A stretch of DNA of 32,000 bases from Caldivirga maquilingensis IC-167 (GCF_000018305.1 NC_009954.1:1800001-1832000), one strand, 5' to 3'. Counted from the first letter of the stretch, positions 7,933 to 16,633 are shown. The notes: generated from the sequence alone by a model not told the origin. Program-made: numbers and translations.

Positions 7933-9138
7933 TCAAATGCCTTTAGATTTGAACATGAGTAGTATTAATATAGTTAACCCAATAACCAGCACAATCACCA
8001 TAACTACCTCACTCACAGTTACTGCACTCCCCCCAATTGAACTGAATTGAACACTGGGTGCTTGGAGTGCAGGGTTACTGATACCTATTGTGTAATTAAC
8101 CCTCATCACGAATGGCTCACCTGACAGTGTTGTGACATTATAGATTACGTTTAAACCACCGCCAATCCAATTACCCAGCACTGCGAATATGGCGCCGTTT
8201 AAATTCACCGGTATTATAGTTGACCTGCAGTTATTAACATTAAGTATTGATAGGTATGGTTCCCAAGTGGCGTCATTAATAATACCTCCCCCGAGTAGGG
8301 CAGTAGTGGCGTTAACCCAATACACATCAAATATTACTGCACTTGGGTTTATGCAGTTTGTGTAATTAATTAATGTACCATTATTATAATATAGGAGTGA
8401 AGTACCCATGGTGTAGGCGTTACCTACTCCAGACAGGTACATGGTTGGTATTGTTGATGAGGATTGTCTAATAATCATTATTGGTATTAAGGCTTCATTA
8501 TTAAATTGAAATAAACCAAGCGGTAAACCCTTAATCTGAGGCATGCTTAATGTCTTAATCCCATTACCATTAATTAAACCTAAAAGTGGCGTTAGGCTAC
8601 TTGACATTGCCAGAATAAGCAGTGAGTCACCCTGCACTGCAGCTGATACTGGTGTTGATGATGACCAAACACCCTTAAATATACTTGTTAAATTAAATAC
8701 GCTTCCCTTACTTAGATTTATTAGGAATGCTGATGCATAGCCATTAATCACCCCAAACACGTATACTGTATCATTAAGTACTGCTAGGGCATAGGGTTGC
8801 AGACTGATTGGTAGGTAACTTGATAAGTTGGTTACCTCTGTTATGTAATTACTTCCAAGCTTAAGCCTAATTAATAATGGACCACCACTACTGAAGCCGA
8901 GTAAATACAATTGATTACCATACTGATACGTGTTAGTCACCAATACACCCTGCCCATTACTAGGTATTACATTAACGTTAAACCAACCTGAGTCATTAAC
9001 TACATAAACCTGTGAGTACTGGCTGGTTGAGGTGAAGTTCACTATAACTGCTAATAGGTAATTACCCCCACTATATAGGTAAACTACTGGTGCCTTAAGT
9101 AATCCCAATGTTAATATTACTAATGCTAAACTTAACAT
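7933..9138 (-). CDS. Secreted, C-terminally membrane-anchored glycoprotein, beta-rich (propeller-like repeats), unknown function
   Basis: N-terminal signal-like helix, about 11 N-x-S/T sequons, recurring beta-strand patterns (YLLAV, LYLLGF, VYVFGV, LLILAM), C-terminal TM VVMVIVLVIGLTILILLMF followed by KSKGI. Confidence 0.6.
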   Translation of the reverse strand: MLSLALVILTLGLLKAPVVYLYSGGNYLLAVIVNFTSTSQYSQVYVVNDSGWFNVNVIPSNGQGVLVTNTYQYGNQLYLLGFSSGGPLLIRLKLGSNYITEVTNLSSYLPISLQPYALAVLNDTVYVFGVINGYASAFLINLSKGSVFNLTSIFKGVWSSSTPVSAAVQGDSLLILAMSSSLTPLLGLINGNGIKTLSMPQIKGLPLGLFQFNNEALIPIMIIRQSSSTIPTMYLSGVGNAYTMGTSLLYYNNGTLINYTNCINPSAVIFDVYWVNATTALLGGGIINDATWEPYLSILNVNNCRSTIIPVNLNGAIFAVLGNWIGGGLNVIYNVTTLSGEPFVMRVNYTIGISNPALQAPSVQFSSIGGSAVTVSEVVMVIVLVIGLTILILLMFKSKGI

Positions 9139-9215
9139 TAAACCCGCTCAGTATTGCTTAGTATTAAACCTTTCTATGTTAACGCTATTAGGAACCCAGC
9201 CGTGATGTACCTTTA

Positions 9216-9731
9216 TTAAACACCAATAGCCACTAATGCTAAACCAATGAAGACTAAGGCTAAGCCAGCCACGAAGAGGTATAAGGCTTCAGGTAGTGTT
9301 CCAATTTGAACCTCCCATATGAGGTCTTTACCATAATACTGACACACACCGTAGTTAAGTATTGATACTTGACTACTGCTAATTATTGATGGGGATGATT
9401 GACCCCCATTAAGTATTGGCGGTATGTATGAACCATATGAGAATAATAATGTCCCATTTAAGGCGTACGCAGTTACCTTCATTGATACATGATATATCTT
9501 AGTGTAATTATTAATCATGCTCACTATACTTGATTTATTAACTAAATTCATTTCAGTTAAAGTACCTATGAATTCTAAGCATAATGTTGTTGCATTATGT
9601 TTACTAGATAATGATAAGTACACATGGGATAAGTACAATAGAATCCCCGCAGTTATAACTGCCGCTACACCTATTATGATCATGATCCTTTTAACACGGG
9701 CTGGTAGCTTAGGCACATGAATTAAGTGCAC
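9216..9731 (-). CDS. Hypothetical bitopic membrane protein (N- and C-terminal TM helices flanking an exposed domain)
   Basis: 171-aa ORF with TM helices IIIGVAAVITAGILLYL and LYLFVAGLALVFIGLALVAIGV. The start is uncertain (GTG 9731 or ATG 9683). Confidence 0.55.
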   Translation of the reverse strand: MHLIHVPKLPARVKRIMIIIGVAAVITAGILLYLSHVYLSLSSKHNATTLCLEFIGTLTEMNLVNKSSIVSMINNYTKIYHVSMKVTAYALNGTLLFSYGSYIPPILNGGQSSPSIISSSQVSILNYGVCQYYGKDLIWEVQIGTLPEALYLFVAGLALVFIGLALVAIGV

Positions 9732-9785
9732 ATGCGTTTAAAACTATTATTCCACTAAGTGGTGAATTGCATTGGTAAGGGTAAT

Positions 9786-10340
9786 TTAACGGCTTAAACG
9801 CGCTATGTAGAGTATGTGTGATACCTGGTCAATAATTAGGTTAAGCCCGGTTTCAACAGCATCAGGTGATCCGGGTAGGCAAACAATCAACTTATTATTA
9901 ATAATCCCTGCTGTTGCCCTACTTAACATTGCCGATGCCCCTATTTTCTGATAACTGATGAATCTGAATAATTCCCCAAAGCCCTCAATCTCCTTACTGA
10001 ATAATGGCCTAACAGACTCAATGGTTACGTCACTTTTGGCTAAACCTGTACCACCTATTAGAACTATGACATCTACATTATCCTTATGAATTAATTCATT
10101 CAAGGCATTCTTAATCATGTACTCATCATCACTAACCAACAGCCTCCCCACTACTAAATGACCAGAGTTAGTTATTTTTAGGGAAGCTAAATCACCTGAC
10201 TCATCCGTATACTGTTTACCAGCCTTCATTAACTCGTACCTTGACGTACTCACAGTAATTATGAAGAAGTTAACTTTACCTGGCCCCTTCTTCTCATGCT
10301 CCACGTGAGGTGACGTTGCATTACCCCTATTAATGCTCAT
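9786..10340 (-). CDS. moaB: Molybdenum cofactor biosynthesis protein B (MoaB/MogA family)
   Basis: FIITVSTSR, VIVLIGGTGLAKSDVT, CLPGSPDAV. TATA TTTTAAAA lies 23 nt upstream. Confidence 0.85.
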   Translation of the reverse strand: MSINRGNATSPHVEHEKKGPGKVNFFIITVSTSRYELMKAGKQYTDESGDLASLKITNSGHLVVGRLLVSDDEYMIKNALNELIHKDNVDVIVLIGGTGLAKSDVTIESVRPLFSKEIEGFGELFRFISYQKIGASAMLSRATAGIINNKLIVCLPGSPDAVETGLNLIIDQVSHILYIARLSR

Positions 10341-10362
10341 GGATCCATAATTCCTAATCCCA

Positions 10363-10370
10363 TTTTAAAA
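10363..10370 (-). promoter_or_regulatory. TATA box of moaB
   Basis: TTTTAAAA 23 nt upstream of ATG 10340, a leaderless-type spacing. Confidence 0.5.
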
Positions 10371-10471
10371 CATTGCTTAACTCCTAAAGGCTTAAGGATT
10401 ATTGCGTGATTAATTCACATAAACGTAACCATCAGCGCTATGGACCATCATCAATTAGGTCCTCAGCTAGG

Positions 10472-10493
10472 TAAGGCCCACCAATAGGCCTTA
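10472..10493 (-). terminator. Perfect 7-bp hairpin just downstream of the giant gene
   Basis: TAAGGCC-caccaata-GGCCTTA, 20-41 nt past the stop at 10513. Its function is unproven. Confidence 0.3.
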
Positions 10494-10512
10494 TCCGTTG
10501 CTCATCACTGAC

Positions 10513-13500
10513 TTAACTACGCTTAATACCACTTAAATATTTACCTCCAGTGAATCTGATGCTTCTTCTAATCCTGGTGATGCTTAGTAGTGTGGAGTAC
10601 GTGGTTTTATCATTGGTGCTTAGCTTCATTATACCCCTCACTGTGTTTACCTTACTTAACTTTAATGCTGTCTTAAACTTCACATCACCAATATTTTTCT
10701 CAATATAAGACTCTGCGAATAAAGTAACCATGTGGTCAAGTTGATTCATTAAACCGCTTAACCATGCCTTATCACTAGCATTAACCGCACCCTCATAGAA
10801 CCTACTCATTCTTATTAAGTAACGTACATAGAGTCTCCTGTATGCTGAGGAATTTGGATTAAGAGTTAACGCTGCTGTTAATTCCCTCTTTAAATCCTCA
10901 TCCAGAATCCCCTGTCTAATAATACTCCTAACAGTGTTAACGGTTATTAATGGATCAAGTGTCATGAGCATTTCCTTAATTAACGTTGCGGGATGGAGTC
11001 CTAGGCTTGTAGAGATTAAGGCTATGTCTACGTTACCTTTACTGAATGCATGCTCCATAATGATGTTCATTAATGTGCTTCTACGTCTAATATTAAGTGT
11101 ACCTGCACTTAAGTCCCTTAGGTAATTCATGAATAATGAGGGTATATTCGTTGAATCCCTTAGTAGGTAAACGGCTAAGTTGCTTATGTTTTTGGTGTTA
11201 ATTAAACCCCTTAATGGTGTTAATCCATTTAAATTAACGTAATTGAATCTTACTCCCTTGATGTTTAATCTCACGTATTGCTTAATTAAATTCCTCCTTA
11301 TACCTGATACTTTCCTTACACTGTTCATGATTATTCTATAGGTTTCCGCTGATACTTTCAATTTCTGTAACACCTCAGTAACCCTCCCAATGTAATTAAT
11401 AACCCATGGTGATGTTAATTCCCTGTAAATACTCATTAATTCCATTAATTTACCCTTATCAACACTAGCAAGCCCAGACTTAACTAAGGCTACTATTGCT
11501 TCAGCATTAGGATTCATGGCTAATGATAATAAGGTGAAAACTGCTAATTTATCATTCCTATTAACCCTATGTTCCTTACCCAGTTTCACCTCATTACTAG
11601 CATCCACTAACCTGGATATAATGTCCTTAGAGTGACCGTGAGTTAAGTAGGTTAATGCCGTGTACGCACTCCTCTTATTACTAATAAGCCTTAACCTACT
11701 CCTATACTCCATAATACTCCTGAAGAACCAATACCTAATCCTCCTCTGAGCCTCCCTACTGCTTAATAACCCCCTTTCATAAAGTTCAAAAACAAGAGCC
11801 TCATTTCTAATGAGCCTCCTCGCTAGGAATTCCCTTGACTCCACCCACCTATTCCACTTATCTCCAAGCAGTATATTTTCCGTTAATTCAAGTGGACCAA
11901 GGGGTCTGGCTAACAGGTACCTAATCCTAATCCTACTTATTAACCCTGGATTACGCCTACTACCCACTGTCTCCCTTAATAGGCTTGATAAGTATGGATT
12001 ACGCTTTGACTTAAGGTAGATGCCGAATAAACCGTGGTTACTCAAGTGGGTTAAGTAACCTTGCCTACTGTAAAGGGCTAGTAATCCACGTATCCTCTGT
12101 CTATTAGCTGGGTAATAACTGTAATTTTCCCCAGTAATACTGCTTAGATCCGTGATCCCGCCTTTTCCTCGTCTAATCCTCATTAAGCTAAGTATTAGTG
12201 ACCTGGGGGATTGATTACTGATTAAGAATATGAGGTTCCTTAATTCACTGGTTAACCTAATTATTGGTGTATTTAAGGGGGTTGATTCACCTGTAAGTAT
12301 TAGTAGTGCTTCAAGTAAACCCACTATTGATAATGGGTACATTAACCATGATAATGCGCTTGGAATCGCCATGAATTCACTTAGTAATGATCCGTGAAAG
12401 TCATTATTCATACTTCTAAAGTATTCATATAGATTACTAGTATATGCTAGTAGGTTACCCTCGTAACCCCATGTGCTTAATCTAGAGCCCACAATGGTGA
12501 TGCTGCCTCCTATTGTTCCATTACCCCTGCAGGTTATATTAATTAAATACTGATTCAAGTCCCTTGGGGGATTAGGGGTTATTGGGTTAAATATGCTTTC
12601 ATTCCTTAACCAAACCACACCATATGTTAATGATGAATTATAGTAGCTTAATGCATATTCCTCAAATTCATTGAACCGTGAGATTAATCCCCCATTAACA
12701 ACACTACTATTAATACTCAACACTTCTCCACTACAATTACTTGTCTTCCCCAAGTGGACATTAACCTTACTTGCATATACCCAAAGCATTATAATTGAAT
12801 TATTCATGGTTGTTTGATTGAAACGCAATACCACAGTGTCATTATTACTAGTGGCTAACCAAGCTGAGGGTTCCCTTATCCAACGCCAAAGTGCGATCAC
12901 TTTACCGTTAGTAATTAATTCATTAACCATTGGATGAACATTAATGTAAGTGACTGGGATCATTGACTCATTTACAGTACTTACTGTAATGGCTGCAGGA
13001 ACCTTGATCCAAGCCACGTACGTGGAGTTCAATGTTATTAAGCATCCTGGTTGATTCTCATTAATCATTATTGATTCATCATACGATATGAAACCTACAC
13101 TGCATATACTTCCTGTAATTAATGCATTAGGGGAGTTAAACACATATACGTGAATACTACCATTATAGTTCACTAAGTCAAGTGTCCTATTAACTAATGT
13201 GACTAGGTTAATTAAATTCATGTTATTGTACCCTAATGGGGATGAGGCATATACTGGAATCATCATTAAAGATAAACCCACTGCAATTAATGGTACTATC
13301 AATGACCTAATGCCCCTAATCATCACTAATGGTGCAAGTAACGCAACCACTGGTTCAAATGCTTTAGCTATCACCCATATGACGTGAATCATGTGGTATA
13401 TTATGTACATTAATTGAGAGTACGAGAAGACTATGTACAATACCTCTGATGCTAAGTCTATTAATCTTCCAAAAACTAGGTTTAACCCAATGTTACTTAG

Positions 13501-13803
13501 AATATACCCTAACCCAGTATTATATATGAATAATCCTAGAATATTAAGAACCATTAGCGCGATGCTCTTAGTAATCATTACTTTAGCCGTAGTATTAATT
13601 ACTAAGCCCCAGTACTCCTCCATCCTCACTACGGCATTTATGCTACTGCCATTGAATAAGCTAATTACCGTGAGGGACAATGACACTACACCTATGAATA
13701 AGATTACGTCATTTAGAATACGCTGATTATCATTCCCCCATATTTTATAGATAATGATTAATAATGATTCAATAAACATCAGTAACAGGGTTGCGTTAAT
13801 CAT
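10513..13803 (-). CDS. Giant (~1,096 aa) uncharacterised membrane protein: six TM helices, glycosylated ectodomain, seventh TM helix, Arg-rich helical cytoplasmic domain
   Basis: Uninterrupted 3.3-kb ORF. ATG 13803 overlaps the upstream stop as ATGA (the ORF track starts at TTG 13821). The ectodomain (about 12379-13245) carries 13 N-x-S/T sequons and all four Cys. The C-terminal ~580 aa (10513-12290) is Cys-free and R/L-rich. No family recognised. Confidence 0.85.
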   Translation of the reverse strand: MINATLLLMFIESLLIIIYKIWGNDNQRILNDVILFIGVVSLSLTVISLFNGSSINAVVRMEEYWGLVINTTAKVMITKSIALMVLNILGLFIYNTGLGYILSNIGLNLVFGRLIDLASEVLYIVFSYSQLMYIIYHMIHVIWVIAKAFEPVVALLAPLVMIRGIRSLIVPLIAVGLSLMMIPVYASSPLGYNNMNLINLVTLVNRTLDLVNYNGSIHVYVFNSPNALITGSICSVGFISYDESIMINENQPGCLITLNSTYVAWIKVPAAITVSTVNESMIPVTYINVHPMVNELITNGKVIALWRWIREPSAWLATSNNDTVVLRFNQTTMNNSIIMLWVYASKVNVHLGKTSNCSGEVLSINSSVVNGGLISRFNEFEEYALSYYNSSLTYGVVWLRNESIFNPITPNPPRDLNQYLINITCRGNGTIGGSITIVGSRLSTWGYEGNLLAYTSNLYEYFRSMNNDFHGSLLSEFMAIPSALSWLMYPLSIVGLLEALLILTGESTPLNTPIIRLTSELRNLIFLISNQSPRSLILSLMRIRRGKGGITDLSSITGENYSYYPANRQRIRGLLALYSRQGYLTHLSNHGLFGIYLKSKRNPYLSSLLRETVGSRRNPGLISRIRIRYLLARPLGPLELTENILLGDKWNRWVESREFLARRLIRNEALVFELYERGLLSSREAQRRIRYWFFRSIMEYRSRLRLISNKRSAYTALTYLTHGHSKDIISRLVDASNEVKLGKEHRVNRNDKLAVFTLLSLAMNPNAEAIVALVKSGLASVDKGKLMELMSIYRELTSPWVINYIGRVTEVLQKLKVSAETYRIIMNSVRKVSGIRRNLIKQYVRLNIKGVRFNYVNLNGLTPLRGLINTKNISNLAVYLLRDSTNIPSLFMNYLRDLSAGTLNIRRRSTLMNIIMEHAFSKGNVDIALISTSLGLHPATLIKEMLMTLDPLITVNTVRSIIRQGILDEDLKRELTAALTLNPNSSAYRRLYVRYLIRMSRFYEGAVNASDKAWLSGLMNQLDHMVTLFAESYIEKNIGDVKFKTALKLSKVNTVRGIMKLSTNDKTTYSTLLSITRIRRSIRFTGGKYLSGIKRS

Positions 13804-14204
13804 GGTGCTATACTTTTCCAAATCTCAATAAATGGGCTGAAAAACACCTTGTAGAGTAGTTCACTGGCGAAGCCCGCCGGGTTAACGATGCTTGATCCAC
13901 TAATGTAATTGGCTATTAGTGCGAGTGAGTAGACAGTCACATATAAGCCCACTATGGTTACTATGAACCATTTAAAGTTACTGAATAAATCCCATAATGC
14001 AGCCGCCCTAGCCCATCCTGTTGGACCAAGTTTACTTTCAATTGCCTTAACCAACACACTAATTACCATTAACCATAGCGCTAAACCCCCGATAATGCTC
14101 AGTACCCTGAAGGTATCGTTCATTATGGGTATTACTAATTCGTTTTCAATTTCACTAACTATGTCGTAGATTAAAGTAATCATTAGATAGTAGTTGTTTT
14201 GCAT
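13800..14204 (-). CDS. Small (134 aa) two-TM hairpin membrane protein, unknown function, co-operonic with the giant gene
   Basis: ATG start. Hydrophobic helices SIIGGLALWLMVISVLV and WFIVTIVGLYVTVYSLALIA are separated by a K/R-containing loop. The stop TGA overlaps the downstream ATG. Confidence 0.7.
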   Translation of the reverse strand: MQNNYYLMITLIYDIVSEIENELVIPIMNDTFRVLSIIGGLALWLMVISVLVKAIESKLGPTGWARAAALWDLFSNFKWFIVTIVGLYVTVYSLALIANYISGSSIVNPAGFASELLYKVFFSPFIEIWKSIAP

Positions 14205-14249
14205 AGCTTATCCTCAAACTATGTAGGGTAATGCTGCCAAGTGGTATGC

Positions 14250-14281
14250 CCTATATTAAATAAATGTTATAAGCATATAGG
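14250..14281. promoter_or_regulatory. Inverted repeat CCTATAT-N18-ATATAGG enclosing the TATA-like core of the divergent promoter
   Basis: Arms at 14250-14256 and 14275-14281 are exact reverse complements. ATATTAAATAAA (14253-14264) lies 30 nt upstream of ATG 14294. Confidence 0.45.
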
Positions 14282-14293
14282 TATGTAGTAACT

Positions 14294-15328
14294 ATGGGGG
14301 GAGGTAATTCTTCACAAATAACACTATATATGTATGCACCATCACTATTCCTCGACTTATACATAGGTTCAAGTTTATTGGCTAATCGTTACATTAATTG
14401 CTCAATACCATTAACATCATTGATTAATGATGCGTACTTCAGGAAAATACTCACCAACAATCTAACTAATTATGTAAAGGATGAGGAGGTAGGCAGGATT
14501 ATTAAGAATTTGAAGCATGTCTCATTAATATCAATAATTAATCCAACTTACGTCGTTAAGAAGGCTGAGAATATGGTTAATTTAATTAAGAATTATGAGA
14601 ATAGGTATAGGGATGATATTACGGAGTGGTATAGTAGGGTTACTAACCGTAGTAATTTACCTTATAGTAAAATGATCTACTCCCTGAAGCATACCATAAA
14701 GATTACTAGGGGAATGGTTAGGCATTACTTATATAAGAGGGCGCAGGGCTTAATAAGGAAGAGTACTATTGACTCATTAATGCTTTACATGTCAGTATTA
14801 CCAAATACACTTGCTGAATACTTGAATGTAACCAGTAAGAGTGATGCAATGGCTGTAATCTTCATTACCTCCTTGATTGATAAGTATAGTGCAAGTTACC
14901 CCATACACCTCATATTTGAGGTGTCAAGGAGGGTGCTGGCCATGAACCCTCGGTTACTGAAGGATACGTTAAATGGTATACTCACCAGTCTATCCCCTAA
15001 ATCCAATTACTATAATGCATTATTGGCTGAATTAACGAGAATCTACATCTATAATTATGGTTCACTTGATGATGTTCAGGTCAATTACCTGGTTTTTAAT
15101 TCCACAGTGGCTGATAATTTATTAAGTGAACACAGTACCGAGCTTATTAAGTCTAGGTTACTAAGCTCCATGCTTTATGAATACATATATAGGTTAAGCC
15201 TATTATCTATAAATAACGACTTGAATTCACTTCATGAATTATCTAAAATACTTGGTAATACTAAGGAGAATTTAATTAAAGCTATTTTAAATGAATGGAG
15301 TAAATTGAATGATGAATTAACGACTTAA
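14294..15328 (+). CDS. Hypothetical soluble all-helical protein (344 aa), divergent from the membrane operon
   Basis: Long ATG-initiated ORF in a very AT-rich stretch with no TM segments. It shares the L-x-[LM]-[NH]-P motif and the N/L/I/R/Y-rich composition with the C-terminus of the giant protein. Confidence 0.7.
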   Translation: MGGGNSSQITLYMYAPSLFLDLYIGSSLLANRYINCSIPLTSLINDAYFRKILTNNLTNYVKDEEVGRIIKNLKHVSLISIINPTYVVKKAENMVNLIKNYENRYRDDITEWYSRVTNRSNLPYSKMIYSLKHTIKITRGMVRHYLYKRAQGLIRKSTIDSLMLYMSVLPNTLAEYLNVTSKSDAMAVIFITSLIDKYSASYPIHLIFEVSRRVLAMNPRLLKDTLNGILTSLSPKSNYYNALLAELTRIYIYNYGSLDDVQVNYLVFNSTVADNLLSEHSTELIKSRLLSSMLYEYIYRLSLLSINNDLNSLHELSKILGNTKENLIKAILNEWSKLNDELTT

Positions 15329-15382
15329 AATCATTAAATAAATGCTGATTTTAAAATTAAGCAGGAACCTGAATAACGTCAC

Positions 15383-16633
15383 TTACTTAAGAGTTTCCAT
15401 AATTTCCATTAACGCCTTCCCATACTCCCTAGTACCAAGTGGTGTGACACCCATGTATCTGGCTATATCCTGCGTAACCTTCCTCTGCCTTATAGCCTCA
15501 GTAATAGCCTTATCAAGTAGGTTAGCTGCCTCGGTCCAATTCATGAACCTTAGTAGAAGTTCAATGGCCCTAATTTCACTGGTTGGGTTAGCAACATTCT
15601 TACCAGCGTACTTGGGGGCGGTGCCATGCATTGCCTCAACCATAACTGCGGTATCACCAACATTAGCTGCACCAATCATGCCTACGTTACCCATTAATGA
15701 TGCTGCTAATTCACTTATGTAGTCGCCGTTAACGTTTGGGGCTAGGACAACGTCATAGGATTCAGGCCTAGTAACCAATTGAGCGAACATGTTATCAGCC
15801 ATCCTATCATTAACAAGTATCTTCCCAGCCGGTACTTTACCGCCATAGAGCTTATTGACCTCATCCTCAGTCACTACGTAATCCCTGAACTCCTTTAACG
15901 CAACCTCATAAGCCCACTCCCTGAAGGCGCCCTCAGTGTACTTCATTACATTACCCTTATGCATTATGGTGACTGACCTCCTCTTATTATTCAACGCAAA
16001 CCTATAGGCAAACCTAGCAACCCTCTGGGTTCTCCAACGGCTTATCGGCTTAATACCAATACCACAGTCCTCATCAACCTCAACCTTAAGCTCCTCCCTA
16101 AGGAACTTCCTTAACTTAGCGGCCTCAGGACTGTCCCAAGTCCATTCAAGTCCCTTATATAAGTCATCAGTGTTCTCCCTCACTATGACCCAGTCAATCC
16201 TCTCAGGATTCTTTAATGGTGACTCAATACCTTGAACATACTTAATAGGCCTAACGTTAGCATAGGTGTCGAGCAGTAGCCTAATAGCCACGTTTATTGA
16301 CCTCCAACCACCACCAACTGGTGTTTCTAAGGGGCCCTTTAACACTACCCTATACTTCTGAAGTGCATCAATGGTTTCCTGGGGAAGCCTATTGCCAGTA
16401 AGCTTCTCAGCCTTCTCACCTGCGTAAACCTCCATCCACTTTATCTGCCTTGATGAACCATAGGCTAATTCAACTGCCTTATCGGCAACCTCCATGGCTA
16501 CACTAACGATTTCAGGCCCTATTCCATCACCAAGTATGTAGAGTACTATGGGCTTATTCGGAACCTTCTCAAATACCGCATTCCTAATTACTATGGGTTC
16601 ACCATCCTCAGGTGGTTTGTATTGAACAGGCAT
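15383..16633 (-). CDS. icd: NADP-dependent isocitrate dehydrogenase
   Basis: 416 aa. SINVAIRLLLDTYANVRP, VIVRENTDDLYKGLEW, NVNGDYISE, HGTAPKYAGKNVANP. Confidence 0.9.
   Translation of the reverse strand: MPVQYKPPEDGEPIVIRNAVFEKVPNKPIVLYILGDGIGPEIVSVAMEVADKAVELAYGSSRQIKWMEVYAGEKAEKLTGNRLPQETIDALQKYRVVLKGPLETPVGGGWRSINVAIRLLLDTYANVRPIKYVQGIESPLKNPERIDWVIVRENTDDLYKGLEWTWDSPEAAKLRKFLREELKVEVDEDCGIGIKPISRWRTQRVARFAYRFALNNKRRSVTIMHKGNVMKYTEGAFREWAYEVALKEFRDYVVTEDEVNKLYGGKVPAGKILVNDRMADNMFAQLVTRPESYDVVLAPNVNGDYISELAASLMGNVGMIGAANVGDTAVMVEAMHGTAPKYAGKNVANPTSEIRAIELLLRFMNWTEAANLLDKAITEAIRQRKVTQDIARYMGVTPLGTREYGKALMEIMETLK

Noticed and set aside
8543-9720. Plus-strand ORFs of 65 aa (8543-8740) and 67 aa (9517-9720)
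   Set aside because: They are antisense to the two envelope-protein genes and have no independent support.
10934-14169. Several 62-97-aa plus-strand ORFs (10934, 11810, 13199, 13433, 13954)
   Set aside because: All lie antisense within the giant and small membrane genes. The 3.3-kb uninterrupted minus-strand frame is far less likely to arise by chance in AT-rich DNA than these short frames.
10341-15382. Integrated provirus or plasmid interpretation of the AT-rich module
   Set aside because: There is no integrase, no partitioned tRNA gene, no flanking direct repeats that I could find, and no capsid- or replication-like genes. The compositional deviation alone is insufficient.
15342-15722. 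126-aa plus-strand ORF
   Set aside because: It lies almost entirely antisense to the 3' part of icd, and its hydrophobic low-complexity product is a frame shadow.
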